Origin: Rebecca billardiae RCC1528
Lineage: Eukaryota; Protista; Haptophyta
Length of the DNA stretch: 64,000 nt
Assembly: GCA_965240325.2 (NCBI GenBank)
Contig: OZ251233.1
Coordinates: 2,232,001-2,296,000, forward strand
Direction of reading: 5' to 3'
Shown here: one piece after another, positions 1 through 10,861 of the stretch
How positions within the stretch are numbered: position 1 is the first letter of the stretch
Layout: each line of letters opens with the position of its first letter
The notes under the pieces: model-generated
Told to the model about the DNA's origin: nothing
The model's database searches: none
Seen by the model: the letters and a program-made list of their open reading frames with translations, nothing else
Translations under genes and position numbers: made by a program

Positions 1-545
1 GAGTACATCGAGATGCTGCAGCGCTCGGCGTATGCGTTTGCTCCCGGAGGCGGAGGGCCGTACTCATTCCGCTTCCTCGAGGTGGTCGCAGCGGGCGCTG
101 TGCCAGTCGTGCCAGCCGACCTCATCCTTCCGCACGATGAGCCCCACGCGGCGTCCGAGCGCGTGAGCCGCCTCCACCGTGCGTGGCGCCGGTGCGTCGT
201 GCGCGTCACCAACACCGACGTGCTCGTGCTACGTGACCTGCTGCTCGCGCTCGGCCCGCCCGGTTCGGCCGAGTATGAAAAGCGGCAGCGCGCTTGCGCA
301 AGCGCCGTGGAGATCCTCACCGAGCGCGTGCACGGCCGCGACGACAGCGGGCGAGAGGCGACGTTGGCACACCAGCTCGTCGAACGCAACATTGCCAGCC
401 TCGTCTGGGAAGAACTGCGCGGGCGCGTGCTCACAGCGGCGGCAGCTTCGACGACTGCGACGTCCTCGTCCTTGGGAGGAAATCACAGTCGGCAGACTTT
501 GCCGTCGTCTACTACGCCTCTGGTACGGGTCACTGGTGATGACGA

Positions 546-549
<4 letters not shown>
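1..549 (+). CDS. Exostosin-like glycosyltransferase (GT47), 3' part; gene starts upstream of window
   Basis: EYIEMLQRSAYAFAPGGGGPYSFRFLEVVAAGAVPVV matches the GT47 C-terminal motif (Y..M..S.F.L.P.G....S.R..E....G.VPV); frame open from base 1, stop at 547-549. Confidence 0.75.

Positions 550-600
<51 letters not shown>
550..600. repeat. (CT)n microsatellite
   Basis: Uninterrupted CT dinucleotide run directly after the stop codon. Confidence 0.95.
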
Positions 601-604
<4 letters not shown>

Positions 605-876
605 CTGCTGCTGACCGTCATGAATCGTCGCGTCTCATGAATAAGAGAGAGAGCCTGAGCTAGCAGAGCGCGTCGGAGATGATGTAAATCATGCATATGC
701 GTAATGAGAATCGGCATGCAGTGATGCGAAGTATAGTATAATAGTGTCTGTATAGTGTATACTATTCCGATACTATATTAATTCGAGCGCGTATTATTAT
801 TTGCAGCAGCAGCGGTACCGGTGAGCTCAGGCGCCGCCGACGGGCTGGCAGCAGTAGGCGCTGTCATAGGGATCGA

Positions 877-1118
<242 letters not shown>

Positions 1119-1258
1119 GCCGGTTCGTATTCATCAGTATTATTGATAATGAACGCGCCGACTACGACTACGGTACGGCCCTTCAGACCGAGCCTCCCGA
1201 ATCACTCGACGGTCACTGTGGGCCGGTCAGGCAGGAGAGAGCCAGTGCACATGTGATC

Positions 1259-1262
<4 letters not shown>

Positions 1263-1290
<28 letters not shown>
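1263..1290. repeat. (AT)n microsatellite
   Basis: AT dinucleotide run. Confidence 0.9.
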
Positions 1291-2187
1291 GGATCAGAAT
1301 AACGCGACGACAGGATTGCTGTCGTATAATTAAATGACGATACCGCAGCATCATATGCAATTCATGCAGGCATCCGACATCATGATCATCACTCATCAGC
1401 GCAGGAAACCATCACTCAGCGACGCCGGCCCAGACTGCTTAGCTACGCAGTACGCAGCTACGCTGCCTCTTTTATTTGTAGTGCCGAGTCACGCAATGCA
1501 GCGTGAGTCACATCGCCCCCTAGAGCTTCAGTCACAGTCACGGTACCTGCGTCGCCGTGCCGTACAGGGGCTCTATCAGTCGACGCGGCGTCGCTCACAG
1601 CGCAGGCAGGTGTTTGGCGCGGCTGCACTCTCGAGGTGGCTGGGATACGACATCCAGGTGCAGCACCCTCCCCGTGTGGTGTCAGAGCGCGCTCTCGAGC
1701 GCGTGCCTCCGAGCGCGGGGCGGCCGCTTGCTGCAATGGCCGCCTCGATGAGGTGCGGCAAGCAGAAGTGCGAGGCTGATGCCGCCGAGCCCCCACGCCT
1801 GTACACTTACAGTTACTCTGTTTTAACGTGCACACTTGGTTAAGGCGTAGCAGGCGTGTTGAACTAATGACTGCTGTCTGCTGTAGCATGACTTAATTAG
1901 CATCGTCATTACTACCTACTCAGTTCGTCGGAGGCGCCAGCTCGTCTCCCGGCCAGCTGCACAGCCTTGATGAGCGAGCGAGCATCATTCTACTGTCTCT
2001 TCCGCAGCCTCGGCAGCCATCGCAGTGGCTTCGCGGCTCCTGCCACTGCAGAGCTCCTCCCCATCGGCTCGCGGTCGGGAGGACCGCGAATCCCGTCGCG
2101 GCCGCGCAGCACGACGACGGCGGCAGCGCGGCTAGAGCGTGTGGCCCGCGCGGTCGAGCGGGGTGAGGCCGAGGCGCGTCGGCGCAG

Positions 2188-3563
2188 ATGCACGTCTTCA
2201 TCGTGACCGCGGGCTACGACCACACGATCCGCTTCTGGGAGGCACCCTCCGGCCGATGCTACCGCACACTGCAGTACCCGGACTCGGTGTGCGCGCATGC
2301 ACGCGCGCCGCCCCGCGCGCAGAGCTGGGGCTCACGCCGCGCCGCGCGCCGGCCTGCGGCACACAACCCCGTGCAGCAAGTCAACCAGCTCGCGATCTCG
2401 CCCGACAAGCGCTTCATCGCCGCGGCGGGCAACCCGCACGTGCGTCTGTTTGACGCCAACTCGACCAACCCAAACCCTGTGACGTCGTGGGAGGGGCACA
2501 CGTCGAGCGTGACGGCCGTCGGCTTCCAGAAGGACGGCAAATGGATCTACACCGGCTCGGAGGACGGCACGGTCAAGATCTGGGACATGCGGTGCGCCAC
2601 GCGCCGCGGCGGCGCGCGTGCCGCCGCGCGCGCCGGGAGCGGCGAGGGGCGTGGGCGGAGTTGCGCGGCCGCGGCGTGGGGCGGCCGGGCTCAGCCGCTG
2701 CGCTGCCCGCTGCGCGCCGTGCAGGACACCTGGCTGCCAGCGCGACTATGAAAGCCGCTCGGCGGTGAACACAGTCGTGCTGCACCCCAACCAGGTGCGC
2801 GCCCCGCGGGGCGCACGCGCGCGCGGCCGAGCTCCCGCGGCCGCGGCCAGCCGGTGCGCAGCCGGGCGGCCGCCGGCCCGGCGCCCGCAGCGCCGGCAGC
2901 GCCAGCGGCCGCAGCGCCGGTGCTCGCGCCCGTCGCCCATCCCCCGCCCCCCGCCCCTTCCCGCCCCCGCAGGGCGAGCTCATCTCGGGCGACCAGAGCG
3001 GCAACATCCGTGTGTGGGACCTGAGTGCCAACACGTGCAGCTGTGAGCTCGTGCCCGCGGGCGACGTGGCGATCCGCTCCGTCACGGTGGCGGCGGACGC
3101 GTCGCTGGTCGCGGCGGCGAACAACCAGGGCACGTGCTTCGTGTGGCGGCTGGGCAAGGCGCACGACCTGACCACGCACTTCGAGCCGCACCACATGCTC
3201 TGCGCGCACTCCCGGTACGTGCTCAAGGCGCTGCTGAGTCCGGATGTGAAGTGGCTGGCGACGATGAGCGCCGACCACACGACCAAGCTGTGGGACACGA
3301 GCACGTTCCAGCTCGCGCGCACGCTGACCGGGCACCAGCGGTGGGTGTGGGACGGCGTCTTCTCCGCGGACTCGGCGTACCTCGTCACCGCCTCGTCCGA
3401 CCAGACCGCGCGGCTGTGGGACCTCGAGCGCGGCGAGACGATCCGGCACTACGCGGGGCACCACAAGGCGGTCACGTGCGTCACGCTCAACGACTCCGCG
3501 CCCGAGCCGGCGGCGGAGGAGGGGCAGCCGCTGCCGCCCGCGCCGCCGGCCAGGGCGAGCTGA
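2188..3563 (+). CDS. LST8: TOR complex subunit LST8 (WD40); 4 exons, introns 2287-2376, 2592-2724, 2795-2972
   Basis: Spliced product [51 protein letters not shown]...[53 protein letters not shown]...[24 protein letters not shown] is the characteristic LST8 sequence; GT-AG introns restore the frame. Confidence 0.95.
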
Positions 3564-3809
3564 CAGGGCCGGCTCGAGGCGCGTGGCGATGCGGCGGCGT
3601 TGAGACTGCGCGGCTGGCCCAACGTCGGTGCATGCTAGATAGTAGCTAGATTCCTTGAGGCTTGCCAGTGCGGCCCGCTCGGGAGTCGGGAGTCGGGGTT
3701 GGGCGGCCTGGCTGCCGGTGGGGAGTAGGAGTCCGGAAAACCGTCGACCGGAGTACCGGATGCACAGGCACACAACGGGAAGCAGCCGGTTCGTTCAAAA
3801 TCGGCAACG

Positions 3810-4487
3810 ATGGTCGCCCCGTCGTCCTCGACGGTGCGCGTCAAGCGGTTGCACGAGCTCGTCGATCGAGCGCTCGACACGACCGTGACGAGCCTTGGCG
3901 GCGCGAAGGAGTTCACGCGCTGCTTCGCAGTGGGTGACGCCGAGCGCGCGTTCCTCGCCACCGCCTACGACGAGGCGCTCGGCAAGTTCCGCGCCAACGT
4001 GAAGGTGCGAGCTGCGAGCGCGAGCCAGGCGCCGTGCGTTGCTCCGCGCTCACGCGAGGCGATGGCGTCTTGCGCGGGTGAACGCAGGAGGAAGTGATCA
4101 AGACACTCGACGAGACGCGCGCCGCCGAGGACCTGGCACGCCTGGACACGCTTCTCGCACAGCAGCCGCAGCTGAAGGACGGCAAGCGGTGGTGCGCGCA
4201 CCGCGAGCGTGCGGCACCGCCGGCGGCTGCGCTGCGCCAATCACAACCGCGCGCGCGCGCGTGATCCCTCTCTCGCGCCATGCCCGCTCAGCCTGGCGCC
4301 GTCGCAGGTCACGCCGCGCACGGCCGTCGCACGCGCGGCGCGCGAACAACGAGCGTCGCACAAGCGCAAGCTGCAGGCGATGCTCGCGCAGCTTGAGGCG
4401 GAGAACGGCGCGCTGCACTCGCAGGTGAAGGCCAAGCGCGCGGAGAGCGATGCTGTGGTCGCGAGGGTCGGGGCGCTCTACGCCTGA
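3810..4487 (+). CDS. PMF1: Kinetochore Mis12-complex subunit PMF1/Nnf1-like; introns 4005-4087, 4192-4291
   Basis: RVKRLHELVDRALDTTV....KEFTRCF...AYDEALGKFRANVKEEVIKTLDE...LARLDTLL... followed by a C-terminal coiled coil (LEAENGAL) follows the Nnf1/PMF1 pattern; canonical splice sites give a ~165-aa protein. Confidence 0.7.
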
Positions 4488-4934
4488 GCACGCAGTGTGC
4501 GCGCTCCGGACCGAATCGACATCATGCGCTTAGGCGAGGTTGCGGGCCGTGCGGCCGGGACTCCGGACTGTCACTGGCCCGGACGGCGGGCGAGTGACCC
4601 GGCGGGCGACCGTCCTGATCGAGCGGCAAGTCGGCAACGCTGCCAAAGGCCAACGCACAAGCTTCGCTGAGCCGCAGCAGCCGCGGCATTGGCATGGCTG
4701 GCGTGCGCAATTCAGCAATCAGCTGCCGTGACGCAACAACACCGGCCGTGGGCGCGCTGGCGGGGCACCGTACCGTATTACTAGTATGTACAGTACGTAC
4801 AGAACGCCGCTAGTGTAGCTAGCTCACCATTATTGGATTGTCATTTGTCAAGCTCAAAAGACCGCAGCTAAAAGAGTCTCACCGAGAGCGACCGGCGCGT
4901 CGGCGACCCGGCCGGCCGCGTGCCCTGCCAGCAG

Positions 4935-6227
4935 ATGCACGGCGGGTCGTTCCGACGCGTGGTCCTCGCCACGCTCGGGCTGGCGACGCTCGCCCTCGAG
5001 CCGGCGCGGGCGGCCATGGTCGACGGTCGCGCGTGGTGGGCCTCGCTCGGCTCGCCGCGCTACGTCGCCGCGCCGATGGTCGACCAATCCGAGCTGGCTT
5101 TCCGGCTGCTCGCGCGCAGGCACGGCGCGCAGCTCGCGTACACGCCGATGCTGCTCGCCAAGCTGTTCGCCACGGTGCCGCAGTACCGGAAGGACCACTT
5201 CTCGACGTGCGACGCCGATCGGCCGCTCATCGCGCAGCTCGCCGGCCACGACCCCGACGTGATGCTGCGCGCCGCCTCGCACCTGGAGCCGCACGTGGAT
5301 GGCGTCGACGTCAACCTGGGCTGCCCGCAGCAGATCGCGAGGCGGGGGCGGTACGGCGCGTTCCTGCTGCCCGACGTGCCCCGCGTGTGCGAGATCGTGC
5401 GCACCCTCTCCACTGGCCTCAGCGTGCCCGTCTCCGTCAAGGTGCGGCTGCTGGGCAGCACTGCCGAGACGGTGCAGGCGTGCGCGCGCTTCGAGGAGGC
5501 GGGCGCGGCGATGGTGTGCGTGCACGGGCGCAGGCGGGAGCAGAAGAAGCAGTTCTGCGGCGCGGCGGAGTGGGAGCCCATCGGCGCGGTCGTCTCCGCG
5601 CTCTCCGTCCCCGTCCTCGCCAACGGCGGCGTCGCGCACCTGGACGACGTGTCGCGCTGCCTGCAGGCGACGGGCGCCGCTGGCGTGATGTCGTCCGAGG
5701 CGCTGCTGGCCAACCCCGCGCTCTTCTCGCGCAACCGCGAGGGCGGCACGGGCGCGTACCTGACGCAGCGCCGGCTCGCGCGCGAGTACCTCGAGCTCGC
5801 GCGCGAGCACGGCGCCTCGCCCTCGTGCGCGCGCTCGCACCTCTTCAAGCTGCTGCACGGCGCGTGCGCCGCGCGGCCGCGCGAAGTGCGCGACGCGCTC
5901 GCGGCCGCGGCCGACCTGCGCGCGCTCGAGGCGGTGGTGGGCGCGCTGGACGAGATCGACCCGGGGCTGGAGCTCGAGCCGTTCCCGCACGCGGCCGACG
6001 GGCGTGAGCCGCGCGCCGAGCTCGACTGGTACCACCGGCACAGGCAGCCCGCGCCCGGCGCGGCGGCGGGCTCGGCGGCGGAGCGCGCGGCGGCCGTCGA
6101 GGCGGCCGCGCAGGAGCGGCTGGCGCGCCGCGCGCTCAAGGCGCAGAACAAGGCGCACATGCGCGAGCGCGCGCTCGCGCGGCGAGAGGCAGTCGCGGCG
6201 GCCGCCTCTTCGCCGTCGGCCCGCTGA
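4935..6227 (+). CDS. DUS1: tRNA-dihydrouridine synthase (DUS1-like), with hydrophobic N-terminal leader; alternative ATG at 5016
   Basis: APMVDQSELAFRLL, YTPM, DRPLIAQLAG, DVNLGCPQQIARRGRYGAFLL, VHGR, ANGG motifs. Confidence 0.92.
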   Translation: MHGGSFRRVVLATLGLATLALEPARAAMVDGRAWWASLGSPRYVAAPMVDQSELAFRLLARRHGAQLAYTPMLLAKLFATVPQYRKDHFSTCDADRPLIAQLAGHDPDVMLRAASHLEPHVDGVDVNLGCPQQIARRGRYGAFLLPDVPRVCEIVRTLSTGLSVPVSVKVRLLGSTAETVQACARFEEAGAAMVCVHGRRREQKKQFCGAAEWEPIGAVVSALSVPVLANGGVAHLDDVSRCLQATGAAGVMSSEALLANPALFSRNREGGTGAYLTQRRLAREYLELAREHGASPSCARSHLFKLLHGACAARPREVRDALAAAADLRALEAVVGALDEIDPGLELEPFPHAADGREPRAELDWYHRHRQPAPGAAAGSAAERAAAVEAAAQERLARRALKAQNKAHMRERALARREAVAAAASSPSAR

Positions 6228-6637
6228 TTGGGCCGCGAGTGGGGCCGTCGCGGCTGACAGCCACGATGTGCGATACGCGCCAACCAGGGCCCCAGGCGGC
6301 CCAGCCTTGCTGGCTGAAACTGACCGAGGACGAGAGTGAGCCCTCGACCAATGCTCTGTCATACAGTTTCCAGGTCTCTCTTCGGAGAGCGTGCGATGAA
6401 GGATGGCGCGGCAACCTGCCACCGTGAGCCTTACGCACGTTAAAACAAATAAACTGTACTCACACTATCATACGGTACGTACAGTACAGTACACGTTCAA
6501 TGCCGTTCAATCATGCTCAACGATTGTCATCGCGCGGGCATGGCGGCTCATGACGCACTCAAGCCGAAGGGGTGCTCCGCTGCTCCCGCCTGCTGCTTGC
6601 TGAGCGTGTCGTGGGCGGCAGCCGGCACCCCGGCGCG

Positions 6638-7453
6638 ATGCCCTTCCGCCTGTTCACCCGCCTCGCCTGGGGGCGGGTCGGCACGGACGTGCTGCTGGAC
6701 GACTCCATCCTCGACCCGTGCGACCCTGCCCACGCCATGATGGCGCCGCCCTCGACGGTTGTGATTGACGCGGTGTTTGGGCGGCGCACGGAGTACGACC
6801 CGACGGTCAAGCGGCTCGCGGACCTGCCGCAGGACATCATGTGCCGCATCTGCTCGAACCTCTCGCCGCGGTCGCTGTGCAACCTGGGTGCGTCATTGGC
6901 CGGCCTCCCACGCCGTGCGCGGCGCGTCCTCGCGCCCGCCCCAGACACACGCGCTGCGCTCACTCCTCGCTCGCGCGTCTCGTCCTCTCCATGTGCGCGC
7001 GCAGCGCAAGTGAGCAAGTCCGCGAGCGAGGTGGCCGAGGACGACTCGATCTGGCGCTCTCTCTGCGCGTGCGGCCGCCCGCCCTCGCTCGGCGGCTGCT
7101 GCAAGGAGCACGTGCGCGACGAGCACCTCCGGCGCAAGCAGTGCGAGCAGCTCTTCCGGCTGCTGCAGGCGGAGGAGAGGCGGCGACGCACGCGCGCGCG
7201 GCTACGCAAGCTCAAGCAGCTGCTGCTGCCGCTGCTGCAGGGCGTGTTTGTGCTCTTCCTCTTCTTCTTCCCGTGGGCCGATAACGACGGCTCGACCACG
7301 CTCGACTCGCACGCAGCGAGGGCCGGCGCGGGCGGCTCGCCCGCGCGGGCCGCCGGGTGCGGCAGCCGCGGCGCAGGCGCTGTCCGCTTCCAGTACGGCG
7401 CGTGGCATGCGCGCCACGAGCTCTCGCCGACGATCCGCGCGGCGAGCGCATAG
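6638..7453 (+). CDS. F-box protein with C-terminal transmembrane segment; probable intron 6888-7004
   Basis: LADLPQDIMCRICSNLSPRSLCNLAQVSKSASEVAEDDSIWRSLC after splicing is an F-box motif; LLLPLLQGVFVLFLFFFPW is a hydrophobic helix. Confidence 0.75.
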   Translation: MPFRLFTRLAWGRVGTDVLLDDSILDPCDPAHAMMAPPSTVVIDAVFGRRTEYDPTVKRLADLPQDIMCRICSNLSPRSLCNLGASLAGLPRRARRVLAPAPDTRAALTPRSRVSSSPCARAAQVSKSASEVAEDDSIWRSLCACGRPPSLGGCCKEHVRDEHLRRKQCEQLFRLLQAEERRRRTRARLRKLKQLLLPLLQGVFVLFLFFFPWADNDGSTTLDSHAARAGAGGSPARAAGCGSRGAGAVRFQYGAWHARHELSPTIRAASA

Positions 7454-7910
7454 GCGGGCCGGGGGAGGCGTGGCGCCTACCTCGGCGCGGCCTGCGCGTC
7501 GCCGTCGCCCCACGCCGTCGCAGCAGAGGGCAGCGAGGACCGCCGAGGAGCTGAAGCGGTGCGGGGCACCAGCCACCAGTCAGCAGTCTCATCAGCGGGC
7601 ATTGTCAACCAGCCTGGGCCGAGTCCGCCGCACCGTTCGATCTTCCGAGACTCTTCACTCGTCGCTCGAAGACTGTGGAGCCTCGAGCATACGCCGGGCG
7701 TCCGCCTAGGCAGCGCTCAGCTACGGTCACGACACTGGCACGGGCCCTTGCCGCCCCGTGGCGGGCCGTGGCCGTTGCCCCCGGGGCACGGCGGGCCCGT
7801 GCGATCACGGACTCGCGCGAATGGCAATGGTAATAAGCTATCCCAGTATGAACTGAGTCGTATGCTGCCATCAAGCCTACTCGGAGGCGCCTGAGTCACT
7901 GTGTCCGACA

Positions 7911-8768
7911 GACCCGTTGCACGGGTGAGTAACCGTGAGCGTATGAAAAAACGACAAGCGTATGAAATCTCGCGGTTTTGTCGCTCGCGCTGCCGCATGG
8001 CTGACGTCCGCGCCGATCCGAGCGCAATGGTGCATTGCGAAGCCGATTCGCAATGCACCAATCCAATCCGCATGTCAATCGACCCAACCGTCGCTGAGAA
8101 CGAACGACAAAACCCAGGGCAGGTGTCCACCACGAAGCCACGCCGCGCGCGCGCTGGCAGCGTGAGCCGGCGCGGTTGCAAAGGGTTGCCCAAAGGCAGA
8201 GAGATCAGCCAATGCGGCTACCTTCGGCAAGCACGCCACCTCAGCGTCAGCATCGGGTGGGGCCGTGAGGATACATGCCCTTGGATGCGGCTCCAGCCAA
8301 ACGGCTCTCGACGCGGGGAGCCGCCATCGGCCGCGAGCGCGTACACGGATACACGTGCTGTCCTCGTGAACGAGGATTCAGGAGACGAGGCGCGGCCCGC
8401 GATGCGCAGGCAAGACCTAGGGAGTGGCTCACGCTTTGATCGCGGGTACGGGTACAGAAGGCGTGCGCACGCAACCACACCGCCTTCGTGAAGCGCGTGG
8501 GCAAGCTGCTGAAGCTCTCACGATGCGCGCTTACTTCTCATCTCCGTGCGCTCGCCGACCGCTCACGCTGCCTTCCGCGCGGCGGACCTGGGAAACCTGC
8601 CACCTGGCGCGCACGACGCAGCGCGTAACGCGGAAGGTGGTAGATCTGCTGCCACGCTCCCGCTGCCGCCGCCGGCGGCGGCAGCGGCATGCCCACGATG
8701 CGGCGACGGTGCTGATGACTATCACTGCCAAAGTGTCGTTTTTTCGGCGCTCACGCGTGCAACGGGTC
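7911..8768. mobile_element. Non-autonomous TIR element (GACCCGTTGCA ends, 4-bp TSD GACA), family copy 1
   Basis: Left end gacccgttgcacgggtgag...aaaaaacgaca; right end tgtcgttttttcggcgctcacgcgtgcaacgggtc; both flanks gaca; related copy at 35731-36586. Confidence 0.8.
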
Positions 8769-9250
<482 letters not shown>

Positions 9251-9253
9251 GTC

Positions 9254-10697
9254 TAATGGGGCACCTTGACTGCCCCCCAGCCCCGTTTTTGGCCGCACGA
9301 TTGCGAATCTCAGAGTTACTTGGCCAGTCAATGTTTAGAGTTTTGAAGAAGGCGAAAGACTATCTGGCGGCCGAAACGAGGGACGGCTGTCCCGATGGCG
9401 TTCCGGCCGCGAAGTCCGCCGGTGCCTTGCACGAGGGCGGCCGATCAGTGGCGCCTAGCCCGGTCGTCCGCGCGGTTGTGTCAGCGCACGCGCCATGTGT
9501 GTGCCCCCCACTGTCACGGCATGTTGTGCGCCAGCACCGTGGGAGCTCCTCGCCTGTTCCTGTCACTCACGGCCAAGCGACGGTGCAGAGATCTTCAGTC
9601 CGAGCCCGCGACTGCTGAACTTCTGTGATACGTGTGCGATTCCTTGCAGAAAAGCACGCTCTGCTCCCGCAAATCTACCTGGCGAACGTGCGCTGGTGTC
9701 AATGCTTCACGCAGTGCACAAATGCCATGGCGAATCAGTCTTCCCTGCGTGTCACAGGCCTTGGCGTTTGCACATCGACAAGCTAACGGAGACGAGTCCC
9801 GACGAGCTGCGTATGGCTGTGGTCGCATGTAGTGTGGGCGTCGAACGCCGGAGAAGGTGGTGGCTGAAGGCGATAGAAGTATGCTCTCCCATCTGGTACA
9901 AGCCAGGCTTGGAAGACGTCTGCTTGCATCACACACACAGCTTACGCCGACCCGTGCGACGTGAAGCGCCTCAAGCGTGACGGAAGCAACCCAAGGTGCG
10001 CGCAAGGCGTGAGGAGCAGGGTGATCTAACCTTACGCGGGCCTGCTCATCTAGCAGCGCACTCAGTAGATCGGCCCCGTCCTCAGGCGCACGATGACCAC
10101 CGAATCGTGAATGTGTAGACGCTGACGAGTGCCAGCTTGCGGCGAGCAGCGACCGTGCAGAGGACTCGGGCCTCGCGCAAGAACAAGCAGGTTTTTTTGG
10201 CGCGGAGGACGCTAGCATGACCTGCACGTACAGCGGGGAGATTGTTTGCAAGGCGTGCCCTACATACAGCTCGCGTGCCCCTCAGATATCCCGCGCGGAG
10301 AACGTCAGCAGCCCAGCATCGCAGTCCGCGCCGCAGCCCCAACCACTCAGCTCCGCCCCTCGCCCACCACGAGACGGCGAGATACCGTCAACGAAGTGGA
10401 ACGGAGCGAGCATCTATTTCCCGCGGGAGCCGATGTGATCATTTTTCATTGAGCGAACCCGCCCGAGCTGGCTTCCCATTGGACGGATTGGCGGCTGCGC
10501 TACTCCGCAAGGCGAAACACTTACAGCTTCACATCCCGAAAATGCAAGTTTGGACAATAGAGTGAGGCACCCTCCTCCAATGAAACTGCTGAAAATCCCG
10601 ACGAAACTTTACTGACGTACGTCAGTAAACGCAATCTCCGGGAGATATGGCCATTTCCGCCCACTGGGGTCATTCAAGGTGGGGGCGTGCGCCATAA
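9254..10697. mobile_element. Possible degenerate TIR element / TE remnant
   Basis: Lower GC than the genes and no convincing ORF; ends show gapped inverted similarity (taatggggcaccttgactgcccccc vs rc ttatggcgcac..caccttgaatgacccc); perfect palindrome tttactgacgtacgtcagtaaa at 10608-10629. Confidence 0.3.
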
Positions 10698-10747
10698 TAA
10701 GCGCGCGCAGCATCAAGTCGTATCTCGCGACTATGACGACGACGTAC

Positions 10748-10778
<31 letters not shown>

Positions 10779-10861
10779 TGCACCGATGATCAGCGCGTCA
10801 TCTACTTGATGGATACGACTGTGACGATATGTACTCGTTGTCGTCACAGACGTCAGTCGAG

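Noticed and set aside
1334-1889. Short ORFs upstream of LST8
   Set aside because: No domain signal or consistent codon bias
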